In this document: piece by piece, positions 49,613 to 61,810 of the stretch
Layout of the letters: every line of letters begins with the position of its first letter
Position numbering within the stretch: position 1 is the stretch's first letter
Assembly (NCBI GenBank): GCA_010093605.1
Contig: MU004197.1
Span: 1 to 64,000 of the forward strand
DNA: 64,000 nucleotides
Reading direction: 5' to 3'
From: Lophium mytilinum
Lineage: Eukaryota
Made by a program: the position numbers and the translations under genes
The notes under the pieces: generated by a model
Told to the model about the DNA's origin: nothing
Database searches by the model: none
The model's input: the letters and a program-made list of their open reading frames with translations, nothing else

Positions 49613-51685
49613 CTATTCAGGCTGAAAGTCAGCATGCCACCCTAGAAGAAGAAGAACGCTTCCCAAAGCCCCTTGCATCATGATGAAAATGAGCATGACA
49701 AGGATTGCTCCGAAGAAGACGTTGAGCGCAAATCCGAGCACTGGAAGCTCTGGTGCCACAACTGCAGCGTCGTCACTTGGCGCCACTGGTGCAGCATGGG
49801 CCAGAGGAAATTCGTGATTCTCAGCAGCAGCAGCACCATTCGCAGCGTTATACGCAGCGCGGATTAATTCTAGAGTGAGTCTAGAGAGACTTGTCTGGCT
49901 CCCGCGCACGAGACACCTCATACGAGAGAGTTGAAGGCGCGAAGGATGAAGGATGTATTCCGTGACGCGCGGATCGAGGGCGTTGAGGGCGTTGACCGCC
50001 GTCTCATCCGGCGCGAGATTCATCAGGGCAGGAAACCAGACGTCCATCATTGCAGGAGAGTTCAAGGCGGCTAAGAAACGCGCGTCGAGTTGGGGTTCAG
50101 GATGGCCCGGAGTTGCAGGCAGGACTTGGAAGTAATGCTCCAATGAAGGTACGGGGGCTACGGGAGCGACGAGAACCTCTGGAGCCACAGCGGCGCGAGG
50201 AACCTCCTGATCAACGGGGGCAATAGGAGCCCGGAGAGCAGCGGCGTTGTGGACGGCAAGAAGTTCAGCATGGTGATGCTCAGAGAGTGTCACGTCACCA
50301 AGGATCCTGGCGCGAAGAGCGTGAAGACGGGTTGGATCAATCATCATGCTAACGAAGTGCAAGCCTAGACCGCTCAGAGCCTGAACATCAGTGCGGTCGG
50401 CAAATCGATGAAGGAGGAAAGGAAAGAGAACCCGCGCAACGGGTTCGGAAGTAGGGGCATTATAGTCTATCGCATCGCCAGGGATGGCGTTTAAGAGGTG
50501 CTCTTGTATTGAAGCAGCGGGCACAGGCTGTGTAAGAGGCACGTTCATTGCCGCGGTAGGCTCGGCGGGGACCACGACGGGTGCAGGAGCCTCGAAAGTT
50601 AGGAGGGCAATGAGAGCGAGGCGCAACTCCTCAATGCTGGCAGCGGACCGGCCAGTCGTTTCCATTATGGTGGGACTGTAGAGACGGGCGAGGAAGCCAG
50701 CGCGATAGGCGTTCAAGAAGGTGGAACTGAAGAGGTACAAGTGAAACCAATCAGGGGCTTCGCAATTGTAAAGTTCTGCGACGAGAAGATCTACCCTAAC
50801 ACTGAGAATTTCAGGAACGAGTGCGGTGTTGATCTCGAAGTCCATGAGGGCCATTGGTGGCATTGGAGTCCAGGTAGCAGGGTCTTGAAGTTCTGTGCGG
50901 AGTGCGTTGCAAAATATCTCGATATTGGCTGCCGTATGGCCGGTGGCTTGAGCAACAGCAGGATCCCGAAGGCGAGTCAGAAGGGCGGCACGTTGAGCGT
51001 TGAGTACAATAGGACTGAAGAGAACGACAAGGGCTGATCTAAGGTCGTGGTCCACTTTTAGTCCATCAACTTGTCTACCAATAACGTGATCAAAGATCGG
51101 TGGGCGAAGATAACCTGCGATTTGGGCGTCCAGGGAGAACTCGTTGGTAACAGGGCCGATGATGGGCACAGTCCACTGATCCGCGGAGGCGACAGAGCCT
51201 GCCGCCAGGTTGCGATTTATGAGAGCATTGATTTCTGCGGTGGCATTGGGCTCGGCTCGATGATTGTCGAGTCGTATGAACTCGTCTGCTGCAGCAGGTC
51301 CGGCGGGGATCTCGACGGGTGCAGGAACTGCGGGCACTACAGCAGGGCTATGAAGGGCGTCGGCCTGAGATTGAAGGGCGTCGACCTGGGATTGAAGTCT
51401 ACGGAGTCGGAGAGCTGGGGAGATGGGTTCCGGGGAGACGGGTTTCGGCTGATAGAATTTGTTCGCGCAGACTGGACATTCCTTCTTCCTCGCAAAGTCG
51501 CTGGTAAGCCAAACCATCAGGCATTTGCGCCCGAATACGTGGTGACAGTGTGGATTGCTAGTTGCTAGGACCGCGGTATGGCACTCCGTGTCGAATTCCT
51601 CGAAGCAGATTTGGCATTCGACCGGTAATTCTAAGAGGTCGTTTCGCAAGAACTCTTCCAACGTGGCCGACATGCGATCTTCCAT
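49613..51685 (-). CDS. RING-finger protein with internal repeats and C-terminal TM anchor
   Basis: CQIC..CHHVFGRKC..CPVC, P/A-rich spacers, hydrophobic tail VLGFALNVFFGAILVMLIFIMM. Confidence 0.88.
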   Translation of the reverse strand: MEDRMSATLEEFLRNDLLELPVECQICFEEFDTECHTAVLATSNPHCHHVFGRKCLMVWLTSDFARKKECPVCANKFYQPKPVSPEPISPALRLRRLQSQVDALQSQADALHSPAVVPAVPAPVEIPAGPAAADEFIRLDNHRAEPNATAEINALINRNLAAGSVASADQWTVPIIGPVTNEFSLDAQIAGYLRPPIFDHVIGRQVDGLKVDHDLRSALVVLFSPIVLNAQRAALLTRLRDPAVAQATGHTAANIEIFCNALRTELQDPATWTPMPPMALMDFEINTALVPEILSVRVDLLVAELYNCEAPDWFHLYLFSSTFLNAYRAGFLARLYSPTIMETTGRSAASIEELRLALIALLTFEAPAPVVVPAEPTAAMNVPLTQPVPAASIQEHLLNAIPGDAIDYNAPTSEPVARVLFPFLLHRFADRTDVQALSGLGLHFVSMMIDPTRLHALRARILGDVTLSEHHHAELLAVHNAAALRAPIAPVDQEVPRAAVAPEVLVAPVAPVPSLEHYFQVLPATPGHPEPQLDARFLAALNSPAMMDVWFPALMNLAPDETAVNALNALDPRVTEYILHPSRLQLSRMRCLVRGSQTSLSRLTLELIRAAYNAANGAAAAENHEFPLAHAAPVAPSDDAAVVAPELPVLGFALNVFFGAILVMLIFIMMQGALGSVLLLLGWHADFQPE

Positions 51686-52559
51686 GGCGATAGAAATTCG
51701 TTGCGGTGTGCTTGCTTGTTTGATGCGAGTAGGTTGGTGGTAAGCTCTAGTGTTGGTCGAGGGGTGGTCGTGGAGGATGTTGGCGAGTTGCGTTAACAGT
51801 GTGCGCTCGCGGAACTTTATAGACGCTCACGTGACGTCGTTGTAGTGACTGCGAAACAAAGGCCTCAGACACATGTTCTGATGCTGATTTCGTTGCGGGA
51901 CACTGGCGATACGTGAATTCTCGCCTCTTATCTGGTAGCCTAGGTGAATCTAGCTATTGTTCAAAAAGTAGTAGTTTGTTCGTTTTGGAGCCGCAGGAGC
52001 GCGTGAAAGCCGTGACAAAGAGACTGGGTCATCGTCGATAGGGCTCAAGATTCATTCGCTGATCTGATCACTATACCCTGCCAATGTTCATTCATGTAGT
52101 TCCAAGAATCGGGAGAAGACACTATCACTACGAGTATTTGCTCAAAGAACTGCAACTAGTTCCGAACATGACAATAATTCCTTACGTTTGTTAAAGGCAC
52201 CGAAGGGGTCAGAATACTTCCAGAATCTGGGGTCAATTATAGGTATCGTGACGTCGAGTATTTCACATATTTGCAAGAAATCTACTTCGCGCTTACTGGA
52301 CGGTATTTATTTCTGAGTTGGTTCACAGAAAGAGCTAGTCTCAGCAATGCTAGAGGACAAATGAGTAATGGCACACGATTCCGTAAAATATGTCCAACCA
52401 AGGCTACCAATCCAAAGCGCGAGACCTTCACCATTTGCGGTCTTCGTGGGGCGTCTGTCGTTGGATTCCTGCCCTGGTGGAGCTCGTACCTAGATTGAAA
52501 CATCATATCCCTCGCGTTCTGTTTCCACAGCCCATGCCGATCCCATCGTGTCGAATAAT

Positions 52560-53513
52560 TTAGCCTAGGAGAGCATCGAGGAAAGCATATATGTTCCGGA
52601 TTTGCCAACCCAGAACAAAGTCAATATCACGTTCCAGAGGGACGTTGAAGTATCGCCCGAGCTGCCCATGGCGAGCAAGGAGGCTAATATCGTGAAGAGT
52701 GCACCAGCCTCCTAGTGGGTCTCCAGGAAGTCGAACAGCATGGACCGGGCCCCAGCGACTCAAAGCCTGGACAAGGAGTCCTTGCCCAATAGGATCCCAA
52801 AGAGGAAGTGTCCAACCGTCCGCCGAATGGAGTTTCACCCAACAATAAGGCCTCGAAAGGGGGTGCTGGCCCAAAAAGACAATGTGGACCAAGCACACTA
52901 CGATAAGAAGAATCAGTATCATTCGGAAAACACCGGGATAACGGCGCAGTATAGCGATGAGATATATGACCATGGAAATCTCGACCGTGATGAGAATTCG
53001 ATAGATGGTGTGGACGAACGGAGGATAGACCAGGACTATGAGGGCTATGGGCATTAGGTAGGGTAATATCCAAAAGTCCCGAAGATGCGTATTAGCGATG
53101 ACTCTAGCGATGACTGTCCTACCCTCGCGGAGGAAGTCGCGCCAAAAGTTAGCAAGGGCTCGATACCATCTTAAGACGATGGCGGCTGCGGCTGTAAAGC
53201 AAGCGATGATAGAGAGGGGCGCCAAGGGCGGCAAAGGCGCGACGAGAGCGATAGGCGGTGCTGGTCTGGCAAGAATGACGGGTTTGTAGAGTACATTCGT
53301 GCAGAGCGGACACGTATGCGTGTTTAAGAGGTCGCTTCGGAGCCAATTTAGCAAGCATGGGCGGCAGAAGATATGACGGCAACGCGGGTTGCTGGTGGCC
53401 TGAACCGCGCGGCGCGCTTCATCGAAAGATTCCCAGCAAATCGGGCATTTGTCGGGCAGCTCTATGAGAAATCCTTCTACGAGCTCGTCGAGGGTTGCCG
53501 GCATGCGATCCAT
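52560..53513 (-). CDS. RING (C3HC4) protein with TM helices
   Basis: MDRMPATLDE start homologous to MEDRMSATLEE. CPIC..CRHIFCRPC..CPLC, several hydrophobic segments. Confidence 0.85.
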   Translation of the reverse strand: MDRMPATLDELVEGFLIELPDKCPICWESFDEARRAVQATSNPRCRHIFCRPCLLNWLRSDLLNTHTCPLCTNVLYKPVILARPAPPIALVAPLPPLAPLSIIACFTAAAAIVLRWYRALANFWRDFLREGRTVIARVIANTHLRDFWILPYLMPIALIVLVYPPFVHTIYRILITVEISMVIYLIAILRRYPGVFRMILILLIVVCLVHIVFLGQHPLSRPYCWVKLHSADGWTLPLWDPIGQGLLVQALSRWGPVHAVRLPGDPLGGWCTLHDISLLARHGQLGRYFNVPLERDIDFVLGWQIRNIYAFLDALLG

Positions 53514-54364
53514 GGCTGTGGCGGCTGATGGTGCTATGTCGAATCGGATTGTCGAATGGGGTGTTGTGTTGGTGGTGTTAGGTGGGAGAGTTTCAGAGAT
53601 GGTGTGACGGAAAATCCTATGTCGACAAGAATTATAGACACAGAAATTGCGCAGAGACAGTGAAAGGACCATCTGCGCTAATAAAGCATGTTGCGTAAAA
53701 AGAGTGGTGAATGAGGTGCATCTTCGCAGGTAGGCTTTGTCATATGATCTGGCGCGGAGAAACAAAACTCCGTGTAGACAGTTCGATTTTCCAAAGAGTA
53801 TTCGCGACTTCGTTGATGAGCGATTGATGAGATGTGGTATGTTGGAAGAGGTCGTAATGCCCGCCGATGATGGAAAACGATGGCAAGCACCAAGACTGAA
53901 TCAGCGATGCTCCTGACTCTTTCAGTAGAAGCTTCATGTAGGAAATGTCCTGCCCGGGATGTTGGTCATGTGCGAATCACGTGGTATTGTCTTCAAATAC
54001 TCTATCCGGTAGGTAGCTTCGAAATAGGGCGGCAGGAAGGTGCACATGAACTTCGACAGCTGGTTTGTTTTTGAAAGGACGCCCTGTTGGCAGGTCTTGG
54101 CTTCAGATGAAGTTGGAATTTGATAACAGGCGCCCGTAAGCAAGTAAAATGGACAGCGTAGAAACAAACCACATAGGCCACACGGCATGACCGGAGAACG
54201 AACAGTGGAGGAAGTGATAGATGGAAAGTTCGTAGATCGTAATAGCTAAAAGTAAAGAAAAGGACTTAGGACAGACGCACACACCCGTCTAAGGCGGCAC
54301 AGCAACCTTGAAGTGTCCGAACATATGAAGCACTCCAAAGGAAATGTACGCAGCCTTATAAATC

Positions 54365-56001
54365 TTACGATGTATTTGTTTTCTTTCTCCTCAACCAATG
54401 AATCGGAAACTTTCCCCCTTCATCAAGCACCAGATCCAAAACACCGGCTACGAGAAAAGTAACCACAATCATCGGCACTGCGACGACCCAGTACACCCAA
54501 AACGCGCTCTGCCCCGGCGCAAAATTGTCAGTCATGCTAAACAAACTCGTACTGTACGCCAGTGGGATGAATATCAACCCCACCAGCGTGAGTCTTTTGG
54601 CGCGTTTCGCCTCGTCTAGCGCCTGGTGATTTCCGGCGATCGATGCCAAGCCCGTCATCGCCGCCATCAATGTATCAGCGCGCGACTTGAGGGAATCGAG
54701 CCGAAGGCGTATATATTGATAATCTTTCGCCGCATCCATCCAGCTACCCGCGGCTGAGGATGGGAGCGAAAGAGGGAGACCCAAAGTCAGAAGTATGTCT
54801 TCAATGTTATCGCAATAGTCGCCGCAGCGTCGAGAGATGGTTTGGAGGGTGCGCCATTGCTCTTGCTCGTTTGTCCAGCTACTGGAGAGCTGGAGTTCGA
54901 GGGAGGGGAGCATCGCTTTGATGTAGGCTACCAATTGGAGGTAGTGGGCTGCTATGATCTTTTTGGGGAAGAGAGCGGCGGTAACGGGGAGTTTCCAGTC
55001 CGCGGAGGGGACAAGGTGCGCATGGTGGCTATAGTAGAAGACTAGATCGTGAAGCATAGATTTCCGGGTATGTTTTGGGGTAGTCAGATGAGCGTCGCGG
55101 GTAAGATGAATGGGGAGAAAGTCGACGTAGCCGCCTTGGAAGGGAGTATTGGGCACGTTGGTGGCTGTGCTTAAATTATTCCAGACGTCCTGGAGTTGGG
55201 GATCGCATAGCATGACGACTGGGTTATGATCAGCATTCTGGGAGACGAACAATCAATCATACGAAGAAGAGATAGCCTCACCGTCCCAACCTCCACTTTG
55301 TGTTTCCCTCGACCAGTACGAGCATTTCCTCCGCAGCATCCCGGTCGTCGAATTCTCCTCGTGCCTGGATGGCGTCATTCCAACATGTCTACCAGTTCTT
55401 TTACAAAAAAAGGCGGTGTTTGGCATGATCTGGGGAAATTGTCTCAGCTCGCAATAGTCGATCATGAAGCTCTTCTCTGGTTCTAGTAGTGCCGGCTGCG
55501 GTATCGCATCGCTAACGGGCGTGAATGCATTGCTCCATATGCAGGTACGCTCCTGGCGCATGAAGAAAGATGGATTCATGAAGAATTGCGACCCTAGAAC
55601 GGATATGTAGTCTTGAGCAAGTCCTTCCATGAGGTAGATGCGCCGTCGTGGATGCGGCCCTTGTGGAGATGCCAAATCATTCGAGAAGTAGGATTGAAGG
55701 TCGGAACACGATTTGAATTCCTTGGAAGTAAAATTGAGGGAAGAATAATCTTGCTCGAGCACAACGACGGTCGCGTTCCCGGGTCTGAGGGGATGGTCTT
55801 GGTTCTTTGGGTCTGCGGTCATTAAGCCAGGATCGTAGGAGCAACGCCCTGCTATGAAATCCAGGTACGGGCCTAATGCGTGTGAGCTTGTGTATTGCTG
55901 AGATCCTTTTAAGAGACGAAATTCAAACCTTTAGCACACAGCCACGCCCCATCTGTCCCTAGGTCGTCAAGACTGAAGCTGTTGGATGCGAATTTCTGCA
56001 T
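54365..56001 (-). CDS. CorA-like Mg2+ transporter family protein, multi-exon
   Basis: RRIYLMEGL, LTLVGLIFIPLAYSTSLFSM, FWVYWVVAVP. ORFs 55253-55822 and 54365-55252 are joined by an intron. First exon inferred. Confidence 0.85.
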
Positions 56002-57368
56002 CTCGGAAGTCGTAATGCGTCAAACTATTGCTGGAAGAGTTTGTAGAACAGTTGTGGGATAGCAACTAGAACAAATGAGAACAAATAGAGCTATACAAAA
56101 CAACAAAAAATGGAAATAAATCGTGGATTTGGCTCGTTCGTGTCTCATCGAGAGTAGCTGTCATAAGTGCCCTGTTGCAAGACTCGGGCTGGAGAAATCT
56201 TTTACGTGGAGAAATAGGGAAAACTCTGATTGCTGAGCCGCACGGCGTAGCTAAGTATGCATCAATCACGGAGGAGGGCTAAGCGCGTATGTATGTACAT
56301 GTCAAAGCTGAGCGGTCAAGGCGCGAGGCTGAGTGGGGGCGGGAATCAGTTTGAACGCGGTTTCTTGCGGCAGGATTGCGTATGACGGCGCCTACATTGG
56401 CTTTCGTGTAAAAGTCTTTTTGGCGAGACCTCTGGGCCCATGGGGAGGTAGATCCATGATCATGAGGATATGGCGGGGATGATTTTCGAGACGGTGGAGA
56501 CGGGTCCCAAGTCAGACGAAACGCATGCCAAGGCCCTACTCTGATTGCATACTAGCGCAGCCTTACAGCTCTACGTGTCCACTTACTCCAAGGCTCTTCC
56601 ATCTCATCCGTCCCATCTCCACACAATGCCAGTATCCCGTTCTCAGTACAAACCATCAAATTTCTATCAAGACTATGCCACTGAATATAGTTCGCAGTTT
56701 GTTTGCCCCGATCGAAGAGCCACCCACGTTGGATACGGTCGGCTTTGTCGAAAGGTCTGGACCGAGCGCTTTCATACAGCTTCATACAATGTAGTACAAC
56801 TATTTCCTCGAGCTGCTTGCCGCAACTTACTATGTTTAGTCGCTTGAATCACAAATATAAGGTAAAGCAGAGAACCTACTTGAGCAGGTTCCAAAGTTCT
56901 CGAATTTCGACTGCATTCATGCTTTCAGGCTGCGTTGGAAACATCAAACTCTCCTTCTCCAAGGCTGGAAATACTTCGCGTCTCGCGCACGTATGAATGG
57001 ACACCCCTAGAATATACGGATTGGGCAGACCTGCTCTTTGTCTCCTTATGAATGTGATTGACGCCTAGCATGAGGTTTCATCCGATATGTTCGATGGAAT
57101 GAGCAATCTACTTACTCTAAGAGCTGGAAGCAGATTTTCATCAAACTACAGCAAAGCTAGCAGTCGAGAACATAATAGTCAAATGGCATACTGCAGCAGC
57201 CTTCTCCTCAGCAACTTACTAGTTCTCATTGTGCCATTTGAGACATCATGCTAGAAGGTCCCATGACAGAGTTCCCTCAGGTATATGAGCTATGTTAGGG
57301 CCGCAGAATTCCACTCCATCTCTAGAGCCCGGTTTCTTTCAGTGTACAAAGGCAGATTGCCCGCCGAA

Positions 57369-58865
57369 ATGCCTAAACGAGTCAACCCCACAGAAATTGC
57401 GGTCATTGGGTCCGGTGCCGCAGGTCTTGCAGCTGCAACGTAAGTCCACGTCGATGACAAAGCTCACAATATACACTACGACTTACCGAACTGAAGGTAC
57501 CTACTAGCAGAAGGTATGAAGGTTACGATGTATGAGCGTAACTCTCTGCCCGGGGGGATCTGGACCTCTCGCCACCCCGACAGCATATATGAGAGCGCTA
57601 TCTACGACAACCTCTCTGCAAATGTTCCTCGACAACTGATAGAGTTCTCGCACTGGCCATGGCCGCCCAGTGAACCAGCCTTTCCGACCTCTGACCGTCT
57701 TTCTAAGTACATGATGGACTATTTCCTAGTTCTACAGGCAAGGTTCAGCGACACCTTCGAGACGAGATTCAATGCTACTGTGACATATGTTTGCCGCACT
57801 GGGAATGTGGGAAGGAAGTGGTCTGTGAAATACGATGACGGAACATCGCCCCAAATGACCGCCGATACCGACAAGTTCCACGGTATTGTGGTAGCCACCG
57901 GTGCATTCGACGAAAAGCACGAGCCGAACATCCCAGGCTTGGCGAACTTCAAGGCCCGTCATCCGCAAGTGGTTTCGCACTCAAAAGATTTCAAGAACCC
58001 CTTGGAGTTTAGGAATAAGGTAGGGAAAGCTCTCTTATCTATACCCGAATAAGACTTGCTGACACTTGGAAGCACGTTCTCATTGTCGGCAACGCAGCAT
58101 CTGGTTTTGACATATCACGACAGATCCTCCCGCTGGCAAAAAGTGTTAGCGTGTCCACACGAACAAGTAGAGTCGACCTATTTGACAGCAACATAACGCG
58201 ACGACCTGAAATTCTTCAGTTCAAAGGTGGCAAGAAGCGAGCTATCTACTTCCATGGCAATTCCATCGAACGGGATATCGACCGAGTCATATTCTGCACT
58301 GGATTCAAATATACGCTTCCATTTCTGTACTCTCGATCAAGGTACAAGATGGATGGCCAATGGCACACGCAAGACAGTCGAATGTATGAAGATGGCTTCT
58401 CGATTCCCGGCCTCTACAAACATCTCTTCCATAGGTATCAAGGACCCAAGCCTCGCTTTAGTGGGTCTGACAAAAATGGGAGCGGCCTTTCGAACGGCAG
58501 AGGCCCAAAGCGCTGTAATCGCTCGAGTTTTTGCTGGCAGACTGAAATTACCCCCCAACCAGGACATGGAAAGATGGGAAAATCACATGAGGGAGGATTG
58601 GGAGTGCAGGGTGACGCGAAGGCTGGTCTCTCCAGAAACATTCCATGCTCTACCCGACCCACACGACAAAGAATACATCCTGGAGCTACAGAACTTGGCA
58701 AAGACAGCAACTGGTGCTGATCTACTGCCTCCTCCAACCTGGACAGACTCCATGCAGTACGCCCGCGAGAATCGAATGAGGCTTCGAAGAGAGCACGAGA
58801 TGAGCATGGGGGGATTTCAGAAGCTAGAGGAATGTGAGGAAGCAACAATGGAGCTTGGGCAATAG
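57369..58865 (+). pseudogene. Flavin-containing monooxygenase (FMO), apparently frameshifted
   Basis: IAVIGSGAAGL, GGIW, IVVATG, HSKDFK, VLIVGNAASGFDI, VIFCTGF, LYKHLF. Introns 57440-57496 and 58020-58072. Frame changes near 58433 before IKDPSLALVGL. Confidence 0.78.
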
Positions 58866-59342
58866 TTTGTTAGATGGGAGTGATCACATTGCTGAGGAAG
58901 GGGCTTTTCTCAGTGCAGACTAGTAATGATAGTTTTCATATAGGTACCTACCGAATGGGATGAATGTCACGACTGCAATTTCAAATTCTCGATATACTGC
59001 TCATTTGCTTCGCTCCGTTTAACATGTGGCCAGGAATCGTCAGCTTTCCGACCTTAGAACTCAATTCCCTTGAAGAGTTTTTTGTCTGACATCGCGCCTT
59101 CCAGAATATTCCCAAGTTTAGCTTTCTCCAGCACAAAGCCATTGTGTAGCAACTCCAAGAATCACTCTCTCCAAGACACGCGCCACGCTTGCTTTCAACC
59201 AAAAAAAAACGCTTTCTCATCCAAACTGTGACGTCGCGCAAAACCCCGTTCTTTCATAGCAATGCCAAACGACCTACATAACCCCGTGTGTCCCAGCTGG
59301 ACCGACATTCCTGAGTTAGTACAAGGCAGACCCACCATTTGC

Positions 59343-59561
59343 ATGGCCTCCCAAAAACCCACCTGCGAACTGACTCTCTGCTTGAAACCTACTCAACGTA
59401 TCGTCGGCGACTGCAGCCTTTGTGCCGGTGGTTTCTGTGCTAAACATCGGCTGCCGGAGCAGCATTCGTGCGCTTGGCTTGAGGTCCATAAGAAGGCGGA
59501 GTTTGTGAGAAACGCGGAGAAACTGCTTTCGGGGAGGACGGTGGTTAATCGGGGATTATGA
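59343..59561 (+). CDS. AN1-type zinc finger protein
   Basis: C..C..QRIVGDCSLCAGGFCAKHRLPEQHSC. Confidence 0.82.
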   Translation: MASQKPTCELTLCLKPTQRIVGDCSLCAGGFCAKHRLPEQHSCAWLEVHKKAEFVRNAEKLLSGRTVVNRGL

Positions 59562-60151
59562 CGATGCTGAAGGTATGTTTTCTAAGGTCGCTTTCTTTCT
59601 GCGACGTAAGTGACGGCACCGAAACGCAGAAGTGGAAACGACGGAGGAGGGCAGTAAGAAGACGAAGTGGGGGATGACTGAGGAGAACAGCTACTTGGAT
59701 AGACTCGACCGTGTGAGGAGGCGATGAAGGCGAAATCTATCCGATCAAGCCGCAGTCTGGCTTTGCCCGTCTTCCGGGAAGATGTTGCGATTTTGACCGC
59801 GCTTCTGGTCGATTCGGGAATTCCTTTCGCCTTCTCGCCATGTCTTTGCCTAAATGCGCTCTGCAGTATAAATGCACCATCAACATAATCAATCAACGCG
59901 ACCATTCGCGCGCTATTGCACGAGCGCTTGCGGCATGCCCTTACATTTGTCACACTGTAGGAAGGAGGAAGCTCGCAGACCTCCGTGTCCGGAGAGGCAA
60001 GATCTGTAGCCATAGAACAAGTTCGATTTCGCTCAATCACCTGAAATATAGTTTTGCTTCAGTTTTTCATTGACGGCCCATAAGCAGGTCTCAAAACGTG
60101 ATTTACGCAATTAGGAAATCTCACCCGTGCCGCGTGGCAGTATTTAGACCT

Positions 60152-60429
60152 CCTCACCAGGTACCACCTAAGCATCCCATATCTCCCCAAATTATCTCTA
60201 CCAACCAATGAAAGCGATCTGAACCCGAGAGGTAACCAATAAGAGTGATCTGAAACCGAGAAATTCCAATGCGCTCCTACACGCTAACTATTCAGCTATT
60301 CAGCCCTACATTCCCTCACCTGGTACCACCTAAGCATCCCATATCTCCCCTATACTATTTCTACCACCCTATAAAAGCGATCTGAACCCGAGCATTAACC
60401 AATAAGAGCGATCTGTACCCGAGAAATTC
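60152..60429 (+). repeat. Two ~115-bp direct repeats, 162-bp period
   Basis: cctcacc.ggtaccacctaagcatcccatatctcccc...gagaaattc at 60152-60266 and 60314-60429. Each contains a(a/g)agcgatctgaacccgag-like motif twice. Confidence 0.9.
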
Positions 60430-60854
60430 TAGAGGGGAGGAGTTCACGTCACGTGATCGAGTGGCATGTGGCATCCCGACGCTGTGCATCACCTATCCAT
60501 GACGACGATCACCAAAACACCAGCTCTACCCACCAACCACTCTCTGAAACGCGTAAGCTGCTGGGGCTCCCGTGCTATGTTTCGTTCTAAGCCACGTCAT
60601 AAAACCTCAAAAAGACCCTCAAATTCGGGGCTGAGGGGGTGGGACCGATGCTTAGCTGGAGGATGCAGAGTTGCGTGGATAGAGGGCGGTGCAGCAGGGC
60701 GGCGCGTCAGAATGGAAGAATACACTTAAGCGAATAATGAGAGCCTGCTAAGAACGTCTTACTATATATCTCTCTCGTAGTCTTCGTTTCTGCTTCTTCA
60801 ACCTGACCGTGAGCTCTTCAAACAAAACCACAGACCACAGACAGAACAGCAATT

Positions 60855-61657
60855 ATGGCATCTAGAATCATCCCCCTCGTGCTGCTTCTCAGTAAGATCT
60901 CCTTCTTCTCCTCACATCCAGATACTAAACAACCTCAGCATCCACCACCAACGCCTACGGCGACTACGGCGCCGGTGGCGGCTACTCCAACAACGGCGGC
61001 GGCTACAACCCCAGCAGCTACAACTCCTCGTTCTTAACTTCTGGCACGAAAATCCTAACTGCCCACGCCGTCCTCGCCGCCGTCGCTTTCGTGATCCTCT
61101 TCCCAACCGGCGGAATCCTCATCCGGGTCGCCTCCTTCCCCGGTCTATGGCTCATCCACGGCCTCTTCCAGATTTTCGCCTACGTCGTCTATATCGCTGC
61201 CTTCGGCCTTGGGATCTACCTGGCTCAAAATCTGCACATGATGGACCAAACGCATGCGATCATCGGGATGGTGCTGTTTGTGGTGCTGCTCTTCCAGCCG
61301 GTTTTAGGCATGTTGCATCATATCGGCTTTAAAAAGAATACGCGCAGGGGCGTGTGGAGTTATGTGCATATCTGGCTGGGGAGAGGCCTCATCACGCTGG
61401 GAATCGTGAACGGAGGGCTTGGGTTGAAGTTGGCGAAAGACATGGGGATTGGGAAGCCGACGAACGGGCAGGTTATTGCCTATGTTGTTATGGCGGCGCT
61501 CATGTGGGGTGTATATATGCTTGCGGCGGTTTTTGGAGAGGTGAAGAGAGGGAGGGATGGTGGGGACAGTGCGGAGAAGGAAACTGCGAGTTTGAACGAT
61601 GATGCGGCGCCGTCGAGGGGGTCGAGAAGGACTCACGGGAGTAGTATTTATGGTTGA
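60855..61657 (+). CDS. Cytochrome b561-like membrane protein with signal peptide (2 exons)
   Basis: Intron 60892-60938 is in frame. His motifs AHAVL, IHGLFQ, THAIIG, LHH, VHIWLGR, NGGLGL. Confidence 0.88.
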
Positions 61658-61810
61658 GAAGATGCGTAGCGTTCGGAGAGGGATTAAATAGTAGGGACAG
61701 TGAGGAGAAGGAAACTGCGAGTTTTAAGCGATAATGTGGCGCCGTCGAGGGGATTGAGGAGGACTTATAGGAGTAGTATCTATAGGTAAGAGGATGTGTA
61801 GCGTTTGGAG
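61545..61810 (+). repeat. ~131-bp tandem duplication of the 3' end of the b561 gene
   Basis: gggacagtg.ggagaaggaaactgcgagttt...gtagcgtt.ggag at about 61563-61678 and 61694-61810. Confidence 0.9.
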
